The notes under the pieces were generated by a model. That model had not been told where the DNA came from. It saw nothing but the letters and a program-made list of their open reading frames with translations, and made no database searches. Below, piece after piece: positions 28,161-43,233 of a stretch of DNA of 64,000 nt. A program made the position numbers and the translations under genes. Where the stretch lies: NCBI RefSeq assembly GCF_009914755.1, contig NC_060929.1. One strand, given 5' to 3'. Source of the DNA: the human T2T-CHM13v2.0 reference genome, Homo sapiens. Position 1 is the stretch's first letter; the number at the start of each line of letters is the position of its first letter.

Positions 28161-29560
28161 GCCTGTGTCAGGTTTCAGCCTCCTGTCAACAAAATGCTGT
28201 GGCCATCCACATCATATATTATGATGGAACCTTAGTGACAAACCTTATCAAGAGAAATGGGATAAATTAGCCATCAGCTGTGTCGTCACCCTTTCTCCAG
28301 GCAAGACCCCTCTTGTTAGCTGTTGGCATCTTCTGCTACTTCACTTATAAGTAAGCAGTGAAGCATCCAGACTTTGTGTTTTTAGTCCCCTCCCTCGTGT
28401 CCAGCAGACAAATATCCAGAATTAGATAGAATTACATAGTATATGGCTGAAATATTGTGTCACTCATTAATCTATGACAGCAAGATCCCTAATACTTTAG
28501 TGACAAGTCTAGAGCACTTGCCCAATTCAGACTAAAGCCATTATAACACTCAAATGTGAAAAGCCAACATTAATTGAAATGTAAATGATAGTCTCTCATG
28601 AAGTTGGATACTTGCTTTATATTAGAAACTTAAAGAGAATCTTAATCCTTTCATAAAGCAGGTAAATACTTTTAATTGATCTTTAACTGCATATATAGGA
28701 TAAAATTAAACATGACACTTGTTCTTTCAAAGTTCATAGAAGAAATTCTAAAGCATTTTAAGGGATCTGAGCCATACAGTTTTTCCCATATGTAGCTGAC
28801 ATACCATCAAGAGGAAAAAAAGCAACCATAAATATGCCTTATTTAGGCTCTAAAGAGCTAATCAGAGACTACAGTTAAGTTTAGTGATGATAAACTTGTT
28901 TTAACAAGACATTTATGTCTGGTTACAATTGGCATTTAGGAAAAGCGTGCTTAGATTGAATCCAGCAAAGTAAAATTGAGCCAAATTCTAGATAGAGCTC
29001 ATTTAGACCACCCTCTGTAGATAATTTATTATCTAATCACTTCCCATTTAAAAAAATTCTTAGTATGTTTAGTGTTAAGATATTATGAGAGCCAAGGATG
29101 GCAGCCAGAGGTCAAGTTAGTCAAAGACCATGAACATAGTGCATTGTCCTTGAAAATAACTTGGTGGAGAGAAAGGAATGTGAGGTCTGCATCTGACAGC
29201 TTCAGTTCTCTGGGCTCGTTGAAACTCTGTTCTCAGTGGTCATTTATGTTTCTCTCAGATCAGCAGTAGCATTTATTTTTAGAGAGAGTTTTGAAACTTA
29301 ATCACTCAGCACAATACAGAACTATAAATGGATAAATAAGTTTTGTTCAGGAGCAAAAGAGATATAATCATTTCTCCTGACATTTTGAAGCTGCTTCTGT
29401 GGAGTTGGGTTGTTAGGCCATGGAGCAAGAGGACTGTTGTCTGGTGTGGTGTCATACTGCAGGACTGTCCCCTTACTCTAGTCAGAGTTCAGTATGTTGG
29501 TGTCCAAGTGGGAGATGTGGATGGATGAGGCTCCAGGTTGTCCCAGGCAGCTCAGTCCTC

Positions 29561-29921
29561 TGTTTTAGTCCATTCAGGCTGCTATAACAAAGTGCCATAT
29601 AAGCCACAAGATGGCTGGCTTATAAACAACAGAAATTTACATTGTACAGTTCTAGAGGCTGGAGAACCCTAGATTGAAGCGTTGGCAGGTTCAGTGCCTA
29701 GTAACAGCTCAATTCCTCATAGATGGCCATCATCTCATTGTGTCCTCATATTGTGGAAGATGCGAGGGGTCTCTTTTATAAGAGCACTAATCCCACTCAT
29801 GAGTGCTCCACCCTCATGACCTAATCACCTCCCAGGCACCCCACCTCCTAATGCCATAACATTGGGGGTTAGGATTTCAACATAAGAATTTTTGTGGTAA
29901 CACAACATTCAGTCTATAGCA
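29561..29921 (-). mobile_element. MLT1A0-like solo LTR
   Basis: 'tgttttagtccattcaggctgctataacaa...ccctcatgacctaatcacctccc...cattcagtctatagca'. Confidence 0.9.
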
Positions 29922-30409
29922 CCACATTAGGGATTTAGATAAGCACACCCTAGACGGATATTGAGCATCCTCGTTGCTGAATGTAAAAGATCTGCAAGGA
30001 TTTGTTTCTTTATATCAATGCATATTTCAGCTGTATTTGGCACTGATGACCCTACCTCCTCCTTCTTTTACCCTTGATTTCTTGGTCTTTCTCTACTCCC
30101 ACGACTAAGGCTGTCTTCCTTTATTGACATCTCTTCCTCCTTAACTACCCATTCAAAATGCTCTTCTTCCCTGGGGAGTCTCCCTGGGCCCTGTGTTTAT
30201 CTCACACATCCCTTTCTAGTGCACACTGAGAGTTTGAACTACTTGAAAATTAATGACTTTAAAGTTGTTATCTTTACATTATATTTTGCCCTAAATTCTA
30301 AGTATGGCTCTATCTATAGATGTATTTATAACAGTAACTGCCACTAAATTACTATAATTATGTATTTGGTTTTGCTTGTTTGTTTTTAAAACCTTTTCAT
30401 GCATTGCAG

Positions 30410-32985
<2,576 letters not shown>

Positions 32986-33035
32986 TCCCTTGCTTGAACT
33001 ACTTTGTATTTTACAGAGTAAAATACATTTTCCCT

Positions 33036-33958
33036 ATGAGGGAAAAATGGTTTCCTGGGCCAGGTCCAGGGACCCCTTGCTGTGTGCAGCCTAGGGACTT
33101 GGTGCCCAGTGTCCCAGCCACTCCAGCTGTAGCTGAAAGGGGCCAATGTAAGGCTGGGGCTGTGGCTTCAGAGGATGCAAGCCCCAAGCCTTTGCAGCTT
33201 CCACATGGTGTTGGTCCTGCAGGTGCACACATATCAAGAATTGAGGTTTGGGAACCTTTGTCTAGATTTCAGAGGATGTATGGAAACACCTGGATGTCCA
33301 GGCAGAGGTCTGTTTCAGGGGCGGAGCCCTCATAGAGAACCTCTGCTAGGGCAGTGCAGAAGGGAAATGTGGGATTGGAGACCCAACACCACATCCCCAC
33401 TGGGGCACTGCTTAGTGGAGCTGTGATAAGAGGGAAACCATCCTCCAGAACCCAGAGTGGTAGATCCACCAACAGCTTGCACCGTGTGCCTGGAAAAGCC
33501 ACAGACACTCAACGCCATCAGTGAAAGCAGCTGGGAGGGGGTCTGAACCCTGCAAAACCACAGGGACCAATCTGCCCAAGGTTGTGGCAGCCCACCTCTT
33601 GCATCAGCATGACCTGGATGTGGGATATAGAGTCAAAGGAGATCATTTTGGAACTTGAAGATTTAATGACTGCCCTATTGGACATCAGACTTGCATGGGA
33701 CCTATAGCCGCTTCATTTTGGCCAATTTCTTCCATTTGGAAAGGGCGTATTCACCCAATACCTGTACCCACATTGTACGTGGGAAGTAACTAACTTTCTT
33801 TCGAATTTACAGGCTCATAGGTGGAAGGGACTTGCCTTGTCTCAGATGAGACTTTTGAGTTAATGCTGAAATGAGTTAAGACTTTGGGTGACTGTTGGGA
33901 AGGCATGATTGGTTTTGAAATGTGAGGACATGAGATTTGGGAGGGTCCCAGGGTGTAA
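33036..33958 (+). mobile_element. THE1 internal region, 3' part only
   Basis: 'ccttgctgtgtgcagcctagggacttggtgccc...gggactgttgggaaggcatgattggttttgaaatgtgagg'-like THE1-int sequence ending in a polypurine tract before the LTR. Confidence 0.9.
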
Positions 33959-34314
33959 TGATATGGTTTGGATGTGTCCCCACCCAAATCTCACCTTGAA
34001 CTGTAATAATGCCCTCATGTTAAGGGTGGGGCCAGGTGGAGATAATAGAATCATGGAGGCAGTTTCCTCCATATTGTTCTCATTGTAGTGATTAAATCTC
34101 ACAATATCTGATGGTTTTATAAATAGAAGTTCCCCTGCACAAGCTCTTGTTTGCCACTATGTAAGACGTTATTTTGCTCATTTGCCTTCCACCATGATTG
34201 TGAGGCCTCCCAGCTACGTGGAACTGTGAGTCAATTAAATCTCCTTTCTTTATAAATTTAAATTACCCAGTCTTGATTATGTCTTTTTTAGCAGGAGGAG
34301 AACAGAATAATACA
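33959..34314 (+). mobile_element. THE1 (C/D-like) 3' LTR
   Basis: TGATATGGTTTGG...AATAATACA termini. Confidence 0.94.
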
Positions 34315-35194
34315 AAGCTGTACCACATTTTATTACTACCTATCATTGGCAAAGTTTTACCTTTGCTACAAATATAAGGTTATATACAAATGTACAAATA
34401 CGAGGTTGTATACAAATAACAGGTTATATTTTGAAACATCTTTATATCAGGCTTATGTTTTTAGGTGATTCTCTATATAATTTTCAGGAAATTTCTATCT
34501 CTCTTGTTTATTTCCTCAAATTTTCTACATATGTATAGTGTTAAGATATTTGTATATGCTAATATAAAATGATGAGCATATAAGCTTTTGCCTTTGTCAA
34601 AGTGTATTCTTCTCTTCTTCTAACATACACAGTATAAAATAAACTCCCATTTTTCTCTCCTTATTACCCCCTCTGGTTCTTCATAACCCTTTCACCACAG
34701 CACACACACACATTTGCTTATTGGCGTGTAGTCTTTCTGGCTTTCCTGTCTAAATGAAAGCTTCACAAGGTCATAGATTTCACCTCTGTTTTTCACTGCT
34801 GTATTCCTGCCACACAGTATGAATTTAGTAAATATTCGAATGAATAAAATTGAAAATATGAATCTTTCCTTCTATTTGGTTGAGTGATCATGGAATTAAA
34901 ACTATGCATGAAGCCCCATAGTCTAAGAATGCAAAGAACAGTAGTGTTCAGAAGACGAATAATAAATGTCCATAAATTGCTCTTCTCAAATTGCAATATC
35001 TGATGAATGCAGTTTAAAAGAGGACTTTAAAATCTCTAAAATTTCTAAGAATTTGAGACATATTGCAAATTACTGAATAATTGTGATTTTATTGTCAGGT
35101 TTCATTGAAATTTTAAAATCTTAAAGCTAATTTAAAACCCAAGAAGGTGTCAGATGAATAATCTTTAATGAAGAATCTACACACAGGAGCAGCA

Positions 35195-35341
35195 ATATAG
35201 TTCCTAAATATATAGCTTAATATGTGTATTAAGCTATACTATATATATTTAAGCTTTATATTTACATATAAAGCTATATATTTAGAAACTATATATAGTA
35301 TAGAATATATAGTTTCTAAATATATATGTATAGTTTCTAAA
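35195..35341. repeat. AT-rich nested inverted repeats
   Basis: Perfect stems of 12, 10 and 22 bp plus a 23/24 outer stem (see findings). Confidence 0.9.
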
Positions 35342-37075
35342 GATTAAGCTAAAAAGCTTAGTAACTACATCTCTAGAGAAGTGCCTTTTTTTTAAGTTAA
35401 AAGCAAAAACAAAAATCTTCATTCCTTTGATGCATCTATTCTTGCCAGTAACTGCCTGAAGACGCTACTCCCAACTGTGGCAATTTAGCACAGGAGGGGG
35501 GACACACTAAGAAGGTGGGAAATTTGGATGTCTGCTTTTTTAGCAGGGGAAGGAAAAGCAATTGCCAGTAGAAGCATTTAATTGCATACAGATTGGCCTT
35601 TCATTTTGCTTCAATCTTTTCCATTCAAGTGCCAGGGAAGGGGAAGTATTACCTCCACTGCTTACACCGGAGGTCTGCTTCCACTTAGCTGCTGAAGCAA
35701 GCCTCTCCTTCTTTCCAGAGATGCCCCCCGTGAAAACCCACTGTGAGAGGAGTTGGGCTTGAGTGGCTCCAAATACACAGCAGTAATATTCTGAAGCCTG
35801 TCCTGTTCCTAATCCTGCACGGCAGCTCTTGGCACTGCTGGACAGTTCCCCAGGCTTCTTTCCAATTCTTCCTGTGGAGCAGGGAAAGAAAACCAGGTGG
35901 GGTGGCCAGGCCATCTCTCATGATCGGTAGAGCATAGCTGAGTATAGAGTATGCAGGATAATGCAGCTACATGAAGATGAATGGTCAGAAGTCAGGAAGG
36001 ATTATGGGGCCACAGCCCCCAGTGTCTTACCCCTCTGGAGAGCATCACTCAAACCCAAGAGGAGGATACAGGTGGGAGTGTGAGAGAAAACCCAACACTA
36101 TGAAGGGAGTGTCTACCTTAGGAAACATGATAGAGCCTCAGGGAGGAAGCCAAGGCAGGTGTGCTTGACAGGGAACCCATGCTTCCACAGAAAAAAAAAA
36201 TGACAATATTTCTGTACAAGGGATAAATCTCAATCATTCACAGACCACTCCTGCATCCTCTCCCTAAAAACAGACTTCAGAAATAGCTAAGAGTCATGAA
36301 TATAAGAAAGCTCAATGGCCAAGCACCCTATAAGAAACAACTTTTCCTTAAGCCACTGTGGCCTCCAAATCTGTCCTTCTTTGCATAGGACACGTCTCAG
36401 CCTCCAGCTTAGCCATCGGCCTTCTGTGCTGTGCTTCCAGACATGAAGCCATCCTGCAGCCTGGGACTGCTTCCCACTTTCTCTTCTGCCTTGCACAAGT
36501 TAGTACCCAATTGTGTTGATCCCTCTGATTTAACTGCTGGGTGAAAATTCTTCCTTCTGAGAAATGGTTTCTTTCAACTTGAGGAAGCACACATTTGGAC
36601 AATTTCCTTATGCTGGTAATGGTTATTTCTGTGTACTCTTCTGATGCGGTGAATTGACTGTTTCTAGTTTGTCTTTCTGCACATACCAGCCAAATACAAC
36701 TTGAATGCATTCAATAAGTTCCCATTGATGGGTGACATGTAAAATAGATGTTCTGATAGGATTTTAAGTGTCAAGGTTATAGTTCCCCTTTACATACTAA
36801 CCAACCCCTGACCCCTAGCCAAGTAACATACTTTTACCTCCTCTTACAAGCTGAGAAAATTAGGACTAACCCATCTAGTATAAATAATTGGAAGGAGCTC
36901 ATATTGCTAAATAAATATCTGTTAAATATTAAAATGATAATATTCAAATAATTAAGATACAGCAAAATGCCATGTTTCATATTAAAAGTAGATTAAACAT
37001 TATATCATTACTTAACTTCTTTTTAATGATAAAATCAAAGATTATTTATTACAAAATTGAATTTAAAAATACAGA

Positions 37076-37370
37076 GGCTGGGTGTGGTGGCTCATGCCTG
37101 TAATCCCAGCACTTTGGGAGGCCAAGGTGGGTGGATCATGAGGTCAGGAGATCGAGACCATCCTGGCTAACACGGTGAAACCCCGTCTCTAGTAAAAATA
37201 CAAAAAATTAGCCGGGCGTGGTGGCGGGTGCCTGGAGTCCCAGCTACTCGGGAGGCTGAGGCAGGAGAATGGCGTGAACCCCAGGAGGCGGAGCTTGCAA
37301 TGAGCCGAGATTGCACCACTGCACTCCAGCCTGGGCAACAGAGCGAGACTCCGTCTCAAAAAATAAAAAT
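37076..37370 (+). mobile_element. AluY
   Basis: Diagnostic 'ctggctaacacgg', 'gaatggcgtgaacc', 'gcggagcttgca'; TSD about TAAAAATACAGA / TAAAAATACATA. Confidence 0.96.
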
Positions 37371-37788
37371 AAAAATACATAAATGAATAAAGTAAAAAGT
37401 CAAAGCCATCTGCCTAGTCCAGTTCTCCAAATATATCCACTATGGTGTGTGGATATATCTTGGCATGTGCCATTCTGGACATTTTTAAATGAATACACAA
37501 TTATTCAAATATGTAGATAACAAACATTTGATCAAGCAGGGTATCACAATGAATGAATCCTTTTTTATAACTTGTTTTTCTACTGATTGTAATAGAGTTC
37601 TTCTTTCCATATCCATAGCTTATAAATTCATCTCATCTTCTAATGTTTGAAGAGTATTAATACATGTCAGTTTTTTAACAAATTAATGGAGTTTACATTG
37701 TTTTTATTTCACTATTATATATTTGTTATAAAAATCTCTCCATGGCAAAAAGAGTGAAAGAAATATAAGTCACAAAATCTCTTAAATA

Positions 37789-38100
37789 TGTGAACCGAGG
37801 CACAATAAAATTTTCAAGAGTTTCTTTGAGCAAACAGCAATTTATGAATCAGGTAGCTCCAAGCCAGAAGATGTTCTGGAGTTTCACCAAGAGAATGCAA
37901 GGGTAGGGGGACTTTTATATGATAACCTGCAAAGGAAAGCCAAGAAAATATTTGATTGGTTACAATTATACCGTTGTCTTATTTGGTCCATCTTGTTGCA
38001 AAGTCCCTAGTTATACAGGTTGTTGGCTGCTTCTGACTGGTTGAGCTTAAAATCTGATTTTTCTTTAAAAGTGGCATTAATGAGACACAGCTCAAGTTAC
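37789..38100. mobile_element. ERV1-type LTR fragment (MER67-like; subfamily uncertain)
   Basis: 'aaaattttcaagagtttctttgagcaaacagcaatttatgaatcagg...ttgattggttacaatt...ttgtcttatttgg'. Confidence 0.5.
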
Positions 38101-38498
38101 ATTCTTGGGAGAGAGAGAAAGAGAAGAGAGAATAGTTGTAACAGATGAAAAAAGAGAAGGTTGTCATCTGTTATATACAGACAGCTTTTATCAGTAAAAA
38201 CAAAATAAATGACCATTTAAAATGAAAGCAAATGATGTAAAAAGTTAATTCACAGATTTGTGAACACATGAAATTATGCTCAATCTTTTTTTCAAAGATA
38301 TAGAAATTAAAAATTATAAGAAAAAAATGTTCTACCAGATTGGGTGGAAAATTAAAGAACCAATAATCTTGAATATTGATGAGGTATGAGAAAATAGCAA
38401 ATCGTACACTCTTGGTGAACTCATAATTATCCCACCCTCTTTAGAGGACAATTTAGCATACTGATCCAGAGTTTTAAAGGAAGCACTGCTTTACCCAG

Positions 38499-39504
38499 TG
38501 TGGTAGGCAGAATTCCCAGATGGTCCCTGAATTAATCCATTCTCATGCTACTAATACAGACATACCCAAGACTGGGTAATTTATAAAGGAAAGAGGTTTA
38601 ATTGACTCACAGTTCAACATGGCTGAGGAGGCCTCAGGAAACTTACAGTCATGGTGGAAGGGGAAGCAAACACATCCTTATTCACATGGCAGCAGCAAGA
38701 AATGCTGAGCAAAAGCAGGGAAAGCCCCTTATAAAACCATCAGATCTCATGAGAACTCATCCACTATCACAAGAACAGCAGCATGAGGGCAACCACCCCC
38801 ATGATTTGATTACCTTTCACTGGGTCCCTCCCATGACACGTGGGGATTATGGGAACTACAATTCAAGATGAGATTTGGGTGGGGACAAGCCAAACCATAT
38901 CAGCCCCCACAATATCTGTCCTCTGTGTACATCCTGTATATAATTCACTCCTTTTAGGGCAAGCAAGACCTATGCATATGAAAGAATTTCACTCTCTTGA
39001 TTAGGTTTCATTATATGGAAAAGGTGGGGGGACCTTGCAGATATCAGAAAGCTCTCAAATCAGTTGATTTTGATTTAATTGAAAGGGAGATTATCCAAGG
39101 AGGACCTGACCTAATCAGGTGAAAGCCCTCAGAAGAGAGACTAGGGCCTTGTTAAAGAGAAAAATCCTCCTGCTGACCTTTAAGAAGTAAACTGCCATGT
39201 TGTGGGAGAGGTTATGGGAGCCTCTTGGAGCAGAGAGCCACCCGCAGTGGGCAGACAGCAAGAAAACAGGGGCTATAGTCTTACTGCCAAAAGGACCTGA
39301 ATTCTTCTAACAACACCTAAGTTTGAAAGGGGACGCTTAGCACTGGAGAGGAACACAGCCCAGCTAACACTGATTGCAGTCTTGTGAGGCCCTTGCTGAG
39401 TGCCCAAACAATACTCCTGACCCACAAAAACTGTGAGAAAATAAATAGCTTTGTTTAAAGCCGTTGAGTTTATGATAATTATTTACACAGCAACAGGCAG
39501 ATAC
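38499..39504 (+). mobile_element. MLT1E-like solo LTR split by THE1
   Basis: 'tgtggtaggcagaattcccagatgg...aagggagattatcc...gacctaatcagg...cctgacccacaaaaactgtgag'. Confidence 0.85.
38528..38902 (-). mobile_element. THE1 solo LTR
   Basis: Ends 'ccaaaccatatca'; TSD GTCCC/GCCCC. Confidence 0.94.
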
Positions 39505-39767
39505 TCCATCCAGCAGTTGTACTGCTAGAAATGTATTGGACAAAAATATCAAAGTGTACATTGTTGTATGTACAATTATGTTCTTTGAATAATTATTTAT
39601 AATAATCTGTTCTTTCTGTGATAATTTGGAAGGCTTTTCTGATGCTTTGTGTCATCAGGACTACCTCAATTACTTAATTCTACCTTTCTTAAAAAAAAAA
39701 CACAATATGGCAGACACAACATTCTTTGAAGCTTAAACAGTTTTCCGAGTGTATATGCATGCATGCA

Positions 39768-40065
39768 TTTTGTTTTTGTTTTTTTGAGACGGAGTCTAGC
39801 TCTGTCACCTAGGCTGGAGTGCAGTGGCGTGATTTCGGCTCACTGAAACCTCCACCTCCCAGGTTCAAGCGATTCTCCTGCCTCAGCCTCCCGAGTAGCT
39901 GGGATTACCAGCACCTGCCACCACGCCCAGCTAATATTTGTATTTTTAGTAGAGATGGGGTTTCACCACGTTAGCCAGGCTAGTCTTGAAATCCTGACCT
40001 CGTGATCTGCCTGCCTCAGTCTCCCAAAGAGCTGGGATTACAAGCGTGAGCCACCATCCCCGGCC
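39768..40065 (-). mobile_element. AluS (Sg-like)
   Basis: Reverse Alu 'gagacggagtct...gacctcgtgatctg...cccggcc'; flanks GCATGCATT / GCATGTTT. Confidence 0.95.
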
Positions 40066-40745
40066 GCATGTTTAATGGAATCATTTAACTAAGAGAGAAC
40101 TTTAAGTCAAAAGTAAACCTTTCTAATGCAACTAAAGTAACTGTGGGATTTTGTTGTGGCTGAGAGCCCAAAATTTATTTCATGAAAAAGGAAGAAAGAG
40201 CCCCTGTTTTTTCTGCAGAAACTTTAGGGGCCTCAATTACTTCAAACAATATTTTTCAGGAGCACTGAATTTTTGACTGTTTAAAAGGAAACAAAGCCCG
40301 AGTGAATGTTTTCAAATGCTATAGTCTGGATTATTGTCTCTTTTGGAAAAGTAAATCCAAGATGGCAGCTGCTGAGATGGAATGTTTCTTTGGGTGTTCT
40401 TAGCGCTTAATGTATAAATGATTGCTCTAGTAATGTGCAGTTTCATGAACTCCACTGATACATGGTCTGTGCAGGTGATTCCTCCATGCATTAAAAACCT
40501 TAATAGGCTTCACCTACTCCTTTTATCCTTTGGACTGTGATTTTAATATTTGCAAACTTAAAGCCAAATTTAATTAAAGCCAACTGTGCAGTGAATGCAG
40601 TGTGACTCCTCTCTTGATCTGCCTATTACAATTTAGTATCAGTTTGTTTTTTCTCTTCATTGCATCTGAAAGAGATCCTCTAGGAGAGGCTAATAGTCAT
40701 TTGGTGAATGGATGAATAGAATTAGCGAATTAGAAACAAATTCCT

Positions 40746-41100
40746 TGATATGGTTTGCTGTGCCCCCAGCCAAATCTCATCTTGAATTTTAGCTCCCATA
40801 ACTACCACCTGTTGTAGGAGGGACTTGATAGGAGATAATTGAATTGTGGGAGTGGTTTCCCCCATACCGTTCTCATGGTAGTGAATAAGTCTCACAAGAT
40901 CTGATGGTTTTATAAGGGGAAGTTTCCTTGGACAAGTTCACTCTTGTCTGCCACCATGTAAGACGTGTCTTTCACCTTCTGCCATGAGTGTGAGGCCTCC
41001 CCAGCCATGTGGAACTGTGAGTCCACTAAACCTCTTTTTCTTTATAAATTACCCAGTCTCAGGTGTGTCTTTATTAGCAGAGTGGAAACAGATTAAGACA
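40746..41100 (+). mobile_element. THE1 solo LTR
   Basis: TGATATGGTTTG...TAAGACA termini; TSD TTCCT/TCCCT. Confidence 0.94.
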
Positions 41101-41294
41101 TCCCTACAAATTCAAAATGCAAATTTTCATGTTTGTTTTTAACTTCTTGAAATGATTCATACTATTATGACAGTTTACCCAAATTCATACCTGTAAAAAT
41201 GTGAAGTTCATTAAAATCTTTTAGCTTCTGCCTCGTCTGTTTTTAGAGCTTGATAATTATTAAGAACTCCTTCAATTCTCCCATGAGTGAAGCA

Positions 41295-41440
41295 CTCTCA
41301 TTTTTCCCATTATACAGATGAGAAAACTGAAGCATGGAGTGATTAATCAACTTATCTGACCTGAGCTAGTGGGGGTTGACTTAGGACTTGAACCCAGTCT
41401 ATTTCCAGGTCCTGCTTTCACAAGCACCAGCACTTCTGCC
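41295..41440 (-). mobile_element. MIR fragment
   Basis: 'cccattatacagatgagaaaactgaagcatggagtgattaa...ggacttgaacccag'. Confidence 0.75.
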
Positions 41441-43195
41441 TGTATAGATTAGAGCTTAGATTGATATCTTAGATATCCACACACTGTAACTTCAAAGCTG
41501 GTAAAATATTTTAAATTAAATAAATAGCTATTACTTTTTAGTATACAAAAACTTTAAATGTTGGGGGATGAAAAAGTTATGGTAAGAGATTAAGGCAATC
41601 CAAGCAACAATAGGAAAACATTCCGTTATTATGAAGCTTTGCATTGATAAGTTCCAAAGAAGATCACAAACGTGATTCCAGGCTGAAAAGTAATAATTTT
41701 GTAGACGTTATTGTACAATATTCTTTCCCAGTTGGGCTCTAAGAGCTAAGCTCATAGCCTCCCTTGCAGAGTAGCTTCTAGCTATGGTCCCTTTGAACCA
41801 CAGCTTCCGTAGAGAAAGGGGGTATTGCCAGGTAAATCAGCCCTGGGTCTTTGTGGTGTCACAGCCACATAAACTATGACTTTATCCATGTCATTTACAG
41901 GGTGACAAAGGTAGAAGGGCCTTTTAAAATTTAGATGTTTGTTATAATGATTAGTATTAATGTTGGGAATGATAATGTTTTCATAGAACTTACTGCTAGG
42001 CATTGTGGCAAGTGTGTTCCAGCATTGTATCCCATTCGGTTCTTGCAGGGCAGCGCCCACTCATTTCCCAATGTTGTCCGGACATGTTCCCATTACCCAT
42101 GAGGCTCAGATATCCTAGCTGTGACTTGAAATCTGAATGTCACTTTTTGTTCCAGAGAGTTCACTATAAAGTGGAAAGACATGCTGGACTTTCCACAGGC
42201 TGATCTATGCTTTTGAGTTTTGATTTTCCTGAATCCTTTTTCAAACATCCTGTAGAGGTAAAAGTCAACACTGGATTTTCCTTTGAACGTGTGCTCTGTG
42301 CCCTGCTCATCTCTTGCGGCTTGGCTGTCGCCAGCATGTAAGAACTCCCAACTCCTTCCCCTCTCCTAGAGCCGCTTTGCCTCTTTCCAGACAGGCTCAG
42401 CTGAGTGCTCATTCTCTTTCCTTTTGAAAACACGACTCTGAGATGCAGCCTTTCTTGATAGACAGCATTGCTTGTGGAGCTATTATACATGTAATCAGCA
42501 AGGATACACACACCCGGCCATTTCCTGAAGAACGTGCTGCCAGGTCCGTTCACAATCACTCCTTTTATTTGGCATCAGCTTGTCTATTTGGAGAGTCTGA
42601 CCACTGTTCAGAGAATTTTTTTTTCTCTATCAAGTACTTTGTGTTTGAAAGTGATGCATAAATGGCCTCTTTTCCTATTTTAGCCTGTGTGCAAAATGAA
42701 GTGCAAGTTGAAAACAGATATTCTCTTTGTCAGAATCACTCATACAATAGCATGTGCCTCAGGTCGCAACGGCACCTAACCATAGGAATAAAGCCTTGTT
42801 CTTCTCTTCTTGTCCGCCAACAGGCTAGAACTCATTTTATCAGCAACCAGAAATGTACTTAAATTAATGAAATAATGGGTCACTCTAATAGTTTGAAATA
42901 TACTCTGCAGCATAAGGACATGTTTAGCCTCTTGTTCTGCCCGTGAGTGGGGGTTGTAGTCACCCTGAGTCTCTTAGCATAAAGTAATTCTCAAGGCTAA
43001 ATCCATATAAATTAAATAAATATTATTTTCCATGTCTCTTTGCATTATCATTTTAGTTCCTTCACAATTCTTTTTAAGAGTCAGGTAGTTAATATAGTTT
43101 GGGAGGGCTAGGGAGGGCTGAGGATAAATATAAGCCTGTGTATTGCTATTCTCACGCAAATAAATAACAAATGGAAAAAAAGATTCTGCAAACTA

Positions 43196-43197
<2 letters not shown>

Positions 43198-43231
<34 letters not shown>
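43198..43231. repeat. (CA)n microsatellite
   Basis: About 16 CA units. Confidence 0.96.

Positions 43232-43233
<2 letters not shown>

Larger units (their letters stand above)
38200..39600 (+). mobile_element. Ancient L1ME-like fragment split by MLT1E and THE1
   Basis: 'acactcttggtg...tttagaggacaatttagca...ttacccag' resumes as 'ccagcagttgtactgctagaaatgtatt'. Confidence 0.55.

Noticed and set aside
32994-33518. ORFs within the THE1 internal region
   Set aside because: Short decayed frames of a non-autonomous MaLR; no intact gag-like ORF.
35540-36710. Cluster of overlapping ORFs in GC-richer unique sequence
   Set aside because: No recognisable domain, ORFs on both strands, and no convincing splice structure; consistent with chance.
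40358-40370. YY1-like motif CAAGATGGCAGC
   Set aside because: Single short motif with no supporting context; expected by chance in 64 kb.
42030-42830. Mild CpG enrichment (about 14 CpGs in 800 bp) as a promoter or CpG island
   Set aside because: Far below CpG-island density; at most a weak enhancer hint.
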